Shown here in pieces: positions 13,901-27,129 of a stretch of DNA of 64,000 nt. Origin of the DNA: Trichoplax adhaerens (Eukaryota; Animalia; Placozoa); assembly GCF_000150275.1 (NCBI RefSeq), contig NW_002060967.1, forward strand, positions 496,001 through 560,000, given 5' to 3'. Position 1 is the stretch's first letter, and every line of letters starts with the position of its first letter. The notes below the pieces were generated by a model that did not search any database, had not been told where the DNA came from, and saw only the letters and a program-made list of their open reading frames with translations. Made by a program: the position numbers and the translations under genes.

Positions 13901-16900
13901 CATCATTTTAGGAGTAACGTGAGCTCCAACGCCTACAAATCATAAAATTGATGATTCATTCAAGATATTCGGTTATACCAACAAGGAACGTGGCTAACAG
14001 TAAAGTTGAGACTAGAGTTACACTTAGATTCCATTACTTACTGATAACACTAGAACAAGTACCGCCAGGAGATCCGACAGTTGACATTGCTGGCCCATTA
14101 TTACCAGCGCTTGAAACCATGATAATGTCATGTTCATCGACAAATTCATTACATAGCTCCATAATGCGTCTATATGCCAACAGATAACAGTTCTTGAGTT
14201 TATGCTTTGATGAATGTAGAGTACTACAACATTTATGAGATGCCTTTAGAGTATTTGCTTATTTCAATAGCATTAGTATACAGTATCTTCTGATATACAT
14301 TATTGATGATAGTTTTAAAAATTGTAAATGAACCATGCACATTCCTTTACCATGATATCGTGACATAGTGATGGATAACAGAGCATTATCAACCTTTTAG
14401 AGAATCTACGCATAACTGCATGCTTTACAAAGTCTCCAGCATGAAGATACTGCTTTAGCAGTTATAAGAAAAAAGCTTGACTTCAATCGAAGCAATAGTA
14501 AGAAGTTCTTACACTTCGCATGGGAATACTTATGGATGAGTTACGTGTTATTAGGGGAGTTTAGACTGTTCCACAGTTATTTAGCGGATAGAAATATTGT
14601 AACACTGAAATATTTCTAACAGCTAATCTTGTATAGAGTACTTAAGGTGCCGGCAATCAGAATATAAAATTAATCGATTTATGGCTATCCTTAATTCAGT
14701 AACGAGTAAGAAAATCTATTATACCCCTCATTTGGCTTTTGGCATGCTTCTCCATAGCTCATATTAATTAGGTCACAGCCATAGTTCTTACTTGCAATAA
14801 GCTATTTAATATAATATTTGGATGTAAGATTGCAACGAGGCCTATTCATGATTTGCATAAATGATGAGCATATTTAAGGCAATTTAATGAGGTAAAAGGT
14901 ACATACCCCGCGAACAATACCAGGTCCCGTTTCCATGGAATCTAATCTGGTGTCTCCAATTTTAACGGATAGGATCTGGTGACAGAATAGGAGTTGCTAT
15001 ACTAAGATTTTCATTAACATTTCATTGTACTTAACGTTGGTAAAAGATATACTCCTATTTATTCGAGAATTTAGCAGGATAATTTATAACGATACTAGGA
15101 ACAGAATAGACTGACGAATGTATTACTTGAGCACCAGGAGCAATTCCATTCTTTTCTGGTGTGCTTTCGAAATAGCCCGAAGTTATACAAGCTACATGAG
15201 TGCCATGTGATCCTAGAAGTATTATGCCATAAATGCAAAACTTTAATGTAAGCATGTACATGATTAATTTAGAAATTAAGGCCTTTGATAGTCTTGTAAA
15301 TCCATACACTGGAGTATCATTTATAATCTTAACAAGGTATAAATATGACATCAACTTGTACATGTTTGCAAGATAAATAGTTTCTGTTTACAAACGTCAT
15401 GTTTCTGTCTAGTAATGTAAGACATTTTTATGTGAGTTAAGTATGTAGATATGCTAACCTGCATTGGTTACTATCGATAATCGGTTTCCATCATCATATA
15501 CTGATATGGTATAATTTAATAAATCTGTAAGCAAAGAGAACAAAGGATGAGTATTTTTATTTGCTGTGAGCAACGAACTAGAAAGAAAGCTTTAAAAATA
15601 CTATTTCACAGATTTCTAATATGCGTATGGTTTGCTTAAAGTACTAATAAACTAACGATATTAAAGATAACGTAATACCGTTCTATTTGGAGCCATAGCA
15701 TGTATCACTACATTATATGTTTTATGCTTGATATTGCGGTAAGTAATGTGCAGAATAATATCTTGTTATAGTCCTATAATGTAATAAATTTTTTACCATC
15801 TTCGCCAAATGTTCCATATACGGGTTGTAGTCGAAATTCGGGCAAAACTGTACATTTGGATAGATTGCCAGTTTCTGTTGTGTCGATGACAGCTCTAGAA
15901 AATGGTGTAAAAATTTTAGTACGAATAAATCTCATTGCAAGTATGTTATAGCGGTATCTACATCATAAAATCAATAGCAAGGGTGTTTAAATTATTTATT
16001 TGCAATACATAAATCCAGAGTATCCTATGGATTGATACTGTGTTCTAGTTGTGTTTGCATGGTAAAATGGCTGAAAATCATTAATGATTAGCAGGGTCTC
16101 TAAAGTATTTATTGCCGATGTAATATACAGTATGTATTCAAAGTATATTTCACAAAATGGAAAGTCAGTGATATATAGCAGATCTGCAATAGGATCTCTT
16201 AAGTATTATTCCTAGGTTATAATAAATGAATTTAGAATATCCTATTGCTGATACTACGTTACAACTACTAACATGATAAAAAGGTTGAAAAAAGTCATTA
16301 ATCTATAGTAAGGTCTCTAACATATTTATATAAAATCATCCATAAATTTAAAGTATATCTCATTACCGATAGTACATGATAACTGCATTTATATGGTAAA
16401 ATAGCTATAACATATCCTTGATCAACAGCCAGTCTATACTGCATAGTAGATTATATATCCATTACTATACCATATTGATTCCTAATTCTAACTACCTCCA
16501 AACCGAACCATTATGGAAGACAACGCAATCAAAAATTGGTAGAGATTCATCGCCAATTTTATCTAAATTTTTTAATTGTTCAGTTCGCTGTTGTAATTCT
16601 TCACGCATAAGCTCATCTAGAAACGTCTAAAAATTATAAGAAGATGATATCAGACTTAAAAAATAAAAGGACGGAGCTGAACCTAGAATAGTCAATTTAT
16701 GCTTAAATTTTCGTATCGACCTGCTTTTGCCCTTTACTTTCAGACTGTTGGAGCTCTCTTATTGCATCAGCAGTACATTTGGAATGGCTAGGTGCCCATT
16801 TTTTCTTGCGATATTCTTTCTGTTTAATAATTATAGGCGTATACAGTATTATAAATTAGAAACTCCAAGGTATTTCTACTCCATATATTATAGAAAGAGT

Positions 16901-18293
16901 AGTAGGCTCGACGAAAGTAGGGCGCTGACGATCGATTCAATTCATTAATGAGATATGCTATTGCTATGTTAATCTAATACCGCTAAAATAGAAATTTATA
17001 TACAGTCACAGTTGGATGCCAATCTGCCGGTATTCAAACCGTTTTACCATTTTTAATATAGACTTCCATTAATTTGTAACAAATGCATAATGCTCAATAA
17101 TCCATTCTTCTAGCATAAGAATGACTATGACATAACATTTAATAGTATTAGGAAGATCAATGTCAATGGCTAATTGAAATTTTGTGAATCTGTCCATTCA
17201 TGCCTTTCCTAACATTGTCAAGTGGGCCGGGATAGAACTGGAATAGAAAGTATCCTATAAATTCATTTTACCTTGAGTCGATCGCAAAGTGGAGATGGGA
17301 ATAATTCTGTTGCATGCTTGATACCAAGGTGAAATTTACCGGTTGGATTTTCCCATTCGGCTGGAATCTACAGCATATTTCCACGGTATCCATAAATCAT
17401 AGTGATGGTGGATCAATTTTAAGTTGTCATAGGTCCACAGTAGAGCAGAAACAAATAAGGGTAGCAGAAGTAGTCGTTTTATTTTAGTACAGTCATCAGA
17501 GAAGGAAAATGATTACAACTACGGATTGTTGTTACAACATAGTGTAATCTGTATGAATTGATTGACCCCATGGAATGGTAGTCAGTCGGATTACCTGTAA
17601 TTTTCGTCCTGTTAATCCAGTTACGCAGCCATCATCGTCGATTGAAGAAACTGTTGAAGTATCGACATCACCGCTTCCAGTGCAATCAATACAATCGATA
17701 ATTTTACGTCGGCCATCACTAGTCATCTACAGTATGAGGGAAAAATGGAATCCATAGACGATTAACCAAGAGATTGAGCAGTTATTATGATGAATAAGTT
17801 TTACATCGAGTAGCATGAAGCAAGAAAAGAGTAAGAAATGAAGAAATGCCCTAAAGCTCATCCTGTACTCTAGGCATCATGAAACCTACTATAGGGCTGA
17901 AATAGGACTACAAATCAACGATTGATCGCTCTACCATACGACCTATGCGCTAATCCTAACAACTCATTTCCTTTCTAGTAGAGCAAATCAATACCACAGT
18001 ACATGCACTAGAATGATAAACTGACTACAGCAAAGGGAACATGTGCTGCAACCTCGATCAAGCTTGCAAGCGTCTCTCCAGCACGTGAGGACAACGATTG
18101 ACAAGAAATGCTTTGCAAATGTTTATCTGTTTACCTGTAAACCATCCGCTCCAGGATCAACACCGGTATCAAAGATAGCAATGATCGTACCTCGACCATC
18201 ATAGTCAGGATATTGGCGTAGAAATCGATCCGCTGCAGTTTCTTGCTTTGGCAATAAGTCTTGAAGAGGAAATTGGCTGCTAGGAGACGCCAT
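7982..18293 (-). CDS. TPP2: Tripeptidyl-peptidase II (subtilisin S8 family), roughly 40 exons
   Basis: Exon 1 (18293-18135) encodes [19 protein letters not shown]...[23 protein letters not shown] with the catalytic Asp. HGTHVA (His) is at about 15200, [18 protein letters not shown] at about 14100, and [15 protein letters not shown] (Ser) at about 13530. The last exon [25 protein letters not shown] resembles the human C-terminus; stop at 7984-7982, AATAAA on the - strand at about 7929-7924. Confidence 0.97.
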
Positions 18294-20065
18294 TGCTTCC
18301 CTTACAGGATAAGAGCCTTCTTTAGTAGACGGGCGGTTGTCTGGACGGACACCTGCTCTATTGTCCCATCTGGGCGGTTGCAAAGATGATGTATGGGCAG
18401 CAGGGTGCTGGTAACGCACCAGGGGTGTCATTAATTTTGCTTGTAGGCATTTCCACTCGCTGTAACTTATTATGGAGTATACTTCCCGCTTAGAACGGAT
18501 ATATGCCGTGATTTTGTGGTAATTACAACAAGGGATTGGGATACACGGAATGTTATGTTTGTATCGGTCATGATCGACCATATATCCTCCTATCCAGTTC
18601 CTTATGATAGTTAACAACAAAACGAATGTCAGCTAAGTTACGCTTGTACCAAGGCAACCGGATAGTGTACACTGTACATCTACAGTGCACAAGGAGAACA
18701 ACATGGACCGATTTGACAGTACCTCGTCTTCCATGATTGAGAAAGTCATGGGGGTGATTTATTATAGAACAGCTTGTATAGATTCAGCAAAACCTTTTCT
18801 ATGATGGAGAAACTTACCGAGGTGTTTTATTTGCTTCTCTTTTACCTCTTGGCCAATCTTCTTTAGCCATGGAGCAAAATTGATGTCACTCCAACAACAT
18901 TGGCTCAGGCAACATATTCTAGCGAAACAAAACGAATGTCACTTATGCGATATTATGACTTTTAATTCAAGTATAGACATTTTTTATTCTATATATTCAT
19001 ACTGTGCACTGCACAGTATAGCGCAGTCACGAATCACTGCAGAGTAGCTAAAGCTTCTTACCTCAATAATGTGTTGTCCTGCACAGTGTACAGTCGAGAC
19101 CTGAATGTCTGCTGTGCAGAAAGATAGATACAAATCAGAGCTCGCAATGGATTGAGCTTGCAAGCCCCAAATTTACTCTATTTATTATTTTTTTATTTGG
19201 TCCAACCACTCCAACGACAGTCTTCTCTGCACCATAGACTACTAATTCATAATTAATATTTTTTTAATTATAATTTGTTAATGATAATTAGTAGTCTATG
19301 TCTGCACAGACTCTGGAATAATAATGGTTGTCACCTTTACCTTGATGGCTAAGATAGCATGGGTGACACTCTTTTTACGGAAGCATTTTATTATCCTATA
19401 GTATGGTATGGTTGTCTTGTTGTACTAAACAAAACTAATGTCACCTGTGTCAGGTTCTTCCTGCAGTATAGGTGATATATTACTGTTTCTTTTATTGACA
19501 GTATTTTCGTTTGCACGAATTTTAAAAATTCTACTAGTCCTTGACAATAGTAGAGAAGAGAGAAATGAGATGATGACAGATTTGTAATCGATTGAGAGCG
19601 TGGAATGAATATGGAAAACAGAGCTTGCAAAATTTATTTATTTATTGGCTGTATAGCAGCTACGGTCTGTACGTCTGCACCGTCCATGCTTCCTCATCAA
19701 CCATGGCAATCTAGAGCAATAGTGCAAAATTTTTTAAGGGTTTTGTATGCGATCCGAGGTATGGTCTTGTACAATGTAGTCAGATCTGCATCGGAAATAG
19801 TAGTGGGATGACGTCATCAGTGGTAGTCCGTGACTATCTATAGATTCTAGAGGGTACTGTATCATACATAGCTAAGGGATGGATAATTAATTATCAGTGT
19901 ATCGGCGGAACTTTCACACCGGTCCAATTCCAGTTCCGGTTCGGACCGGTACAGCCTGGAGGTTACAGACTTACAGACACTGGCACGCCCGCTGATATTT
20001 CCAGCACGTGACCTGACGGTAGTACGGACTGCCCCTCGGACGACCATCGCCCATCCTCTTCGTCC
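18294..20065. promoter_or_regulatory. Divergent (head-to-head) promoter region TPP2 / TMEM164
   Basis: Start codons point away from each other about 1.8 kb apart, with locally higher GC near both starts. Contains the palindromic CRE GATGACGTCATC (19807-19818), CACGTGAC (20005-20012) and GTACA/CTGTA-type clusters (about 18664-18690 and 18999-19095). Confidence 0.6.
19226..19307. mobile_element. 68-bp MITE-like insertion with 15-bp TIRs and a 7-bp target-site duplication
   Basis: TCTGCAC (19226-19232) | CATAGACTACTAATT (19233-19247) ... AT-rich core ... AATTAGTAGTCTATG (19286-19300) | TCTGCAC (19301-19307). Confidence 0.75.
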
Positions 20066-23000
20066 ATGGCTATCATGGAGGCCATCGCAGAGTGGTTTCG
20101 TGAAGCTTTCGTCTCTGGTGTTGATTTTACCATAGAAGGCAATGGAGGGCCTGATTGTGTTAATTTAATGAGTATGCAACGTCGAATTATCGAGACGATA
20201 GCTTTTGTTGTTGTTTGCTCGTGGCTATGGCAGTATGGATATCGACGTTTCGATCTCTACCGTACACCACTACCTAAATCTCGTTTTGGAACTTCCGATC
20301 CATTTGGCAAGAGGTTGCTATTAGTTACTCTCTGTGTAGTCTTTGGCATGGAATTAGGCTTTAAATTTGCTACTCGACAAGTTATTTTCATCGTGAATCC
20401 ATGCCATGTTTTTACGACTATGCAGGTAAGATTGATGATGATAATCTTGTCCATCTTCCGCATCAAAATGGATACATTGGATCAAGTCGTACTTTGTACT
20501 GAGGGCAACGTCGCCATCGTTGCTACCTTGACCGATTTTGCGATAGTTTGCTTTCCATTTTTATGGATATCGGCTGAAATAATCGCTATCGATATCATAG
20601 CATGGATAGCTCTAAACAGTGATTAAATAGTGCATCAAGATTGTTTTGCAATTTATCTGCACTATCATTGCGTTGATTGTGTGGTAGGTTAGCTAGGCTG
20701 CTGAGTTGAAACTTACTTGAGCTGCAAAAGCATTTCATCGAGTGATTTTCAATCGTTATTTTCCATCGAATTTTTAGCTTATCCATCCGATAGTAAAGTT
20801 AGAAATACTGTGGCGATTAGCGATGCAATTACATGAAAGTCATGGGTAGATGATGGATGAAATAAGGTCATGATGATTTGGAATATTCTTACCTGTTATA
20901 CTCTACTCTCGTCTAGATCATGCAGATACTGAGCTAATAGAATTTTGTGTACCTAGCTAGCTATTGCGATCATGTAGAAGTTACGGAGTATTATAATTAG
21001 CTAAGAACTGCAAATAGCCATGAAATAATTTTTTTCAATCACTACAAGGACTATACGAGTGTAGCATGAATAGTTGCTGAGCATTTTCTAATCTTGCATG
21101 CTAAGGATGGATGAATTTGTTAAGTGCAATCACCTTCACCTACACTGCTTGCACCCTTGGCCATTTGTAATTGCATAGATTAGCAGTCAATGACCAGCCA
21201 GAGAGATAAACCTTTCTAGTCATCATTATGTCAACATGTTAGTGTTAGTTTAGGGGATGAAATACCTTTTGCAGCTCCATTTTTATCCTTACCTGATATT
21301 TGAGGTAGATTCATTATAAGGTACAATCCACTAAGTTATTGATTATAATAAGGTGAATACTGCAGATATTATGTTGGTAAATAGACTACAGTGTTTACTG
21401 ACTACGAATTAAGCAGATGATCATGATCAAATAACTGTATTTTCAGTCATGCAAACTGAAATGCATAATTGTATCCATTACTGTAGTAGAATACAATCCT
21501 ATGCTGCAAAATCCTCCATAGGCAGATGATAGCAATAAACTCTAGGTTATCTATCTGATTAGCATGAAATGACATACGATTATAGCTTGAAGAATTGTTG
21601 TTATCCTCCATGGATCGGAAGAAGTGCAGTAATCAGATTCATTATTTATTTATGCAGACGAATATAAGGACAAATTCCATAGCTATAAATGATTATGTTG
21701 TAAACATCAGTCTGAAAATCTAGAATGCTATACGAGTGCATAAACCATCAGTGAATAATACACATTTAATACCGTACGATTATTATTCATTAAGTATATC
21801 GTCAATATTTCAAATCAGAAAATATCACTTGTGATTCGTTGTTGGGATGATATCAAGTTAATGAAAGTGTCTGATATTTATTTTATGACTCCATAGATCA
21901 TTTTTATGATAGCCAAGCCAAGCCGAAGGGTTACATTTTGGTTCAGGTACATTGGAATTGAAATTCTAGCTCAATTATTTATTAATTAGTAACTGTCAAT
22001 AAAACAGTCAAGAAAAGATAGGTGGATTAGCTTAGCGTAGAATACGAACCTATCTGATCATAAAATTGAACTTCAATCTACTTGGCTAGGCTTCATATCC
22101 ATATGCTTTATGGAGCTTTTCTAGCGGTTGCTTTTCCAGTAGTAAACACTCGCTTTGTAAGTATATCCCAGTGATTGTTAACTGTAAAAATAGCTGACCA
22201 ATTATACTAAAATAGAGTGCCATTTTGGCCTATTAATAAATTAATTAGGACTTGCTTTCGCCCATGGCTAGTTTTGATCTTGTCATTTTCGTATAAGAAT
22301 TGTACGCTGTAATCTCCTTAAATCAGATCGCGATGAAATTCAAGTTTTAAAGTTCTAAAATCAACTGAAAATGAATCTAATCATTCTGTTTTCTGATTAT
22401 ATTTCTGAAACACTTTTAGCTTCATATGGAAGTGATAACGTATTGGATACAGCATATCTTAATCTTATTCATTGTTCCGGCCTATTTGATTTCACTAGGA
22501 GGTAAATAAAGCGAAATTAAGCAAATTTGCTTTCCATTCTTATCTTTATAGAGTTAGAATAGAAGAGGTTCTCCGTATTTCGAGTAAATCATTCCTTGAT
22601 CATGGTCCTTTGAGTCTTAATTTTACATAAGTGCTAAATGATGCCTCTGAAATGCTTCCTTTTAACATTACTCACACTATAAAATTTCCAATAGTGCTCC
22701 TTTATTATGCAATCAGATTGTCGTATCAGTATCTACAGTAGACTTCTAATGCTGACTAAAGGGGATTAATATTCCTTACTTGCGAATCATAATGGCAAAT
22801 TGTTATTATCTGGCATTGCTTAACAGGTGTATCAACTGTTTATCGTGAAAGATATCAGTTATACAGCAGTATCTTGACTATTCTTGCTATATTATATAAC
22901 GCTTCGTTTAGACGCTTCTGTACAGTTACAATGACGTAAGTTCATGATGCTATTGGATTGCTATACTAGTATCTGTAGTGAACTCTTGCCATTTCTACTT

Positions 23001-23555
23001 TGAAAAAGATTTACATTCAGTATGTACTCTTATAGAACGTCAAATTAATATAGTTTTATCGACTTTTGATTATCAGGTGTATATAGCGTAGAGAAGTGGA
23101 ATGATTGGAACTATGTAGCAATGGCCGCTGGTATATTCTTACCGTATAATATGATATTTTTGCAATTCTTGGGAGTGGTAAGCGTATAAGTAAATCTATT
23201 GAAAATAGACCAGGTAGTAGAGTATTCATTTATTGACTTTTAAAAAATGGGCATGCAATTTTTTTATGGGTGACACTGCATTAAAATAGGAATAAAATCG
23301 CAATTAGTTGGTGCCGTACTAGTGTGCATAATAGATATACTATAAATTAATTAAAATATTTTGGCTTTCTCAATATAGTACCTTGAAATCAATCTGTGTT
23401 CCATGGTCTGTAATGCTGTTTCCGATCCTTTTGCTGGACCCAATTATAAAATTTACGGCTTGCTTTACATGCCTTTGCTATCTATGTTTTTCGGCAAGCT
23501 AATGACTCTCTTATACTCTGTCTTTGTACCAATTGAGAGGGAAAAGAGCAATTAA
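20066..23555 (+). CDS. TMEM164: Transmembrane protein 164 (membrane acyltransferase-type), 6 exons, about 278 aa
   Basis: Exons 20066-20425, 21897-21946, 22090-22156, 22420-22501, 23077-23177 and 23379-23555 join in frame. Motifs GVDF..GNGGPDC, FGMELGFKFATRQVIFIVNPCH, FPVVNTR, YWIQH and NL..M.C.AVSDPF.GP.Y match TMEM164. Confidence 0.93.
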
Positions 23556-24769
23556 AATATAAGTAAGGTCACTGCAATTGTCAGCTCATTAGTTGTTCAA
23601 TAGCTTTGCATCGAACAAATTTAATCCTAGCAAAAAAGATAATCTGATGTCGTCGGCAACTATTCCGTAACATCAGTTTAAATAAAGTGAGAAGATATTT
23701 TCTTGTTTTCATGCTTTAATGTCTTGTGGGTGTAATAATTTACACGCGATGAAATCGCAGCACTGATCCATTTAGCAAATTTTCTTCGGAATTTAGTGCT
23801 ACTAATTTAACAATGACCTTACTAAATGAAATAGGTAGTTAAGAGATTTTGTGATTATGTCAAAACTGTTAGAATGTGCAAATGAAGTTTAGTGATTGTT
23901 CGGAATGTTGAATTTTGCATTGAATAATGAACAAGAAGCTGATTTTGTCAATTTAATAGTCTTGTAAGATTAAAATTAGCAATTATTTGATTTCTGAATT
24001 CGTAGATTGGAATAATGTTGGTATTGGAGATTAAATAGCATAAGGCAACAGGCGATTCTTGCCGTAGTTTCTAAAGTTTATCACTAATATCTTCTACTTT
24101 GTTGGTGTATCATTCAACAATAGGTATATTTGGTGATAAAGAGTTGTTTACTATTTTATAATTACGCTACACTTGTTTTAATTAAATACCTGCGTCATAG
24201 AATTATACATGAAATTTTTGTATATCGATTCAGTTATCATTCCATAGGATAGTGATTTATTTGATAACGCGTGTATTTTCGTTGATGATGTCAATACTTC
24301 ATTTTCAATAATTCCAATTTCGCTATCTAGCTTGCATCATGCGACATGAATTCGTATATGTTAGGGTAGGTGTGGTAGATTGAATTAAAGATACTGTAAC
24401 ATTCACTATATCAGAAAGGCAGGTATTTAGGCTTCATTTTATTTATAAATGCACAGTTCATATTTGTGCTATTTTTATATTAAAGTAAATGTTTAGATGG
24501 AAGATTTGATGGAATCTTATAAGCGGTTGAATGCCTTTAAATAATAAATAGAGATAGATATAACTCTTACAATGAGTGATCGTGTTTACATCGATGTCAT
24601 TTACATAATTATGACTTACATGTAAGATTGGATCGAATCTAGTCATGGGATACATAAGAAGTGAGAGTAAAGAGCAATTACAAATAAATCAGCTCGCTAA
24701 TTGGTATAGGATATTGCATGATACCTTTATAAAATTACAGATAGATACAAAATATGGATAGAGCAGAGT

Positions 24770-26420
24770 TAAGCAATAGTATTATTGACGCAAGAATTAT
24801 TTATTTGAACATCGAATGATCGATATGGTCATATATTTATTTAGTAGAAATTTAAGATCAGGTAGGAATAAAGTAATATTGAAATGAATATTCCTTTCGA
24901 TGCTAGGTGCATAACGATAATTCTTTCTAAGGTATTCTACTTTTGGCATTTTTGCTATCTGGATGCTTTAGTCCGCTTACTACTTTCGAATCTTAGTGTA
25001 TATGAGTAAAGCCATGCTATTTTATTCGAGCGTAAAAAGATTGATATGGACATAATGTATATGGTCATATGTTTGATTATAGTAGTGATTTAAGATCAGC
25101 CAGCACTAAATTATACATGATTAAAATTGGTATTCCGTTTGATGCTAGAGCCATAACGATAACTTTTTAGTGTATGCTAGCTTTGGTATTTCTGCGATCT
25201 TGAATATGTTACTTTAGCTGTTTACTGCTTTTGAATCATAATGTATATGCAAGTAAAGCCACGCTATTTTATTCAAAGGTAGATTGAGCAGGGACTTTTA
25301 AAAAATTCGATTGATCTAAGTGGCCATATTTTTACTACAGTAGCGATTGTTGTTGAAATGGATGTTTCATTTGATGCTAGATTCATAACGATAATTCCTT
25401 TTAATGCGTGCTACCCTATGTATTTCTAATATTTTGAATATGATAATTTATCTTACTTACTGCTTTCAAATTTTAGTGGAAACGAGTAAAGCCATGCTCA
25501 ATTATTTAAGCGTAGAAAGATATATATATATATATGTATGGCCATAATTTTGATTATAGTAGCGATTTAACATCAGTAGTAATAAATTTATACTGTATTG
25601 AAATTGATCTATTCGATGCTAGAGCCATAACGATAAATATTTTAATGTATGCTAGCTTTGGTACTTCTACTATCTTGAAATATGATATTTTGTCTGTTTA
25701 CTGCTTTTAAATTCTTAATACATGCGGATAAAGCCATACTATTTTATTCAAGCGTAGAATGATTAATATGGTCATTTATTTTATTACACTAGCGATTTGA
25801 GATCAGACAGGAATAAAATAATAACAAGGCGAAACCGACATTCCATTCAATACTAGCCACAGCGATAATTTCTTTTAATGTATGCTATCTTATAGATTTC
25901 TGCTATCTTGAGTATGATATTTTAGTTGACTTACAATTTTAAATGTTCATTTATACGAGCAAGGCTACGCTATTTTATTTAAATATAAAATAATCAACAC
26001 AGCCATTTATTTTCTTACAGTTGTAATTGAAAATCAGGCAGAAATAAAGTAATAACATATAGAAATGGATATTACATTCGATGCTAGAGCCATAACGATA
26101 ATTCTTTTTAATATATGCTACCTTAGTATTTCTACTATCTTGAATATGATACCTAAATCTGCTTACTGCTTTTAAATCTTGGTGTGTACAGGTATAGCTA
26201 TGCTATTTTAGGATTATTCAAGCGTGGAATGATCAGCATAATAGCATTTGTATTATAGTGGAGATTAGAGACTGGATAAGAGTAAAGTATTATTGAAGTT
26301 GATATTGCATTCGATGCTAAAGCCGCGATAGGAACGCTTTTCAACGCATTTCAGTATGATATTATTTACTTGCTTCCTATTGGAGCATGTTGTGAATCAA
26401 AGCATGTTAAATTTTCAAGG
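24770..26420. repeat. Diverged tandem array of about 235 bp, about 7 units, intergenic
   Basis: Anchor GATGCTAGAGCCATAACGATAA or variants at 24899, 25141, 25373, 25615, 25849, 26080 and 26313 (spacing 231-242 bp). A short (TA)n tract lies at about 25521-25535. Confidence 0.88.
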
Positions 26421-27129
26421 AAATAGCTTTTATTCACTTTGACTGGATTTCAAATTGATGACATTGATACTACGAGTACCAGCTCGATATTTATCCGAAG
26501 AAATAAAACTTTCATTTAACGTAATTAAATCCATTAATAACTAAAGAAGACAAAAAACGAATTGAATAATATAAGAGACACTATTTCAATAGAATAAAAT
26601 TAGTCATCTTCCATTTTATCCTTTCAAAGTTTAAATAAAGCATTTGCAATCTTTTCTCTTACTTCTATTCAACAAGACAGGGAGAAACGTTTACTTTTGT
26701 TAACCAACCTATGACTTGATTTCCTACTCCATTAGATATAATCGTTGTTTTCCGCCATAATTGGGTATTCTATGGTTAGCTCGACGTTTTATTGCTTTTC
26801 AACATGTTTATCTTGTAGAATAGAAATGATATTCGTGATCCATATTGATTTAAATGATAAACAAAAGCAAGTTATAGGAATATACAATCGTTTGAATTGG
26901 ATAGAATTGAATTTTTCTAATTCTATAATCGTCTGTCACTATTGAAAGACAGCATTTTAAGGCTATTATTGATCATCTTAGTTGTGGTATCTTTATAGGC
27001 TAGTCTACTTTATAGTTAAATTAAGTCAACAGCAGTTTTGTAAGATATTCTTTGCTGTATACATCGATTAAGATTTGAATTCAATGTCTTCACGGTAATC
27101 GACACTATATCAAGTTGTGTAAAATAAAT

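Noticed and set aside
18294-18620. N-terminal extension of TPP2 suggested by ORF 18123..18620
   Set aside because: Similarity to TPP2 begins at MASPSSQFP (ATG 18293); the upstream part looks like 5' UTR or promoter.
24770-26420. Possible CRISPR array
   Set aside because: Eukaryotic context, period of about 235 bp, homologous rather than unique inter-repeat segments, and no cas genes.
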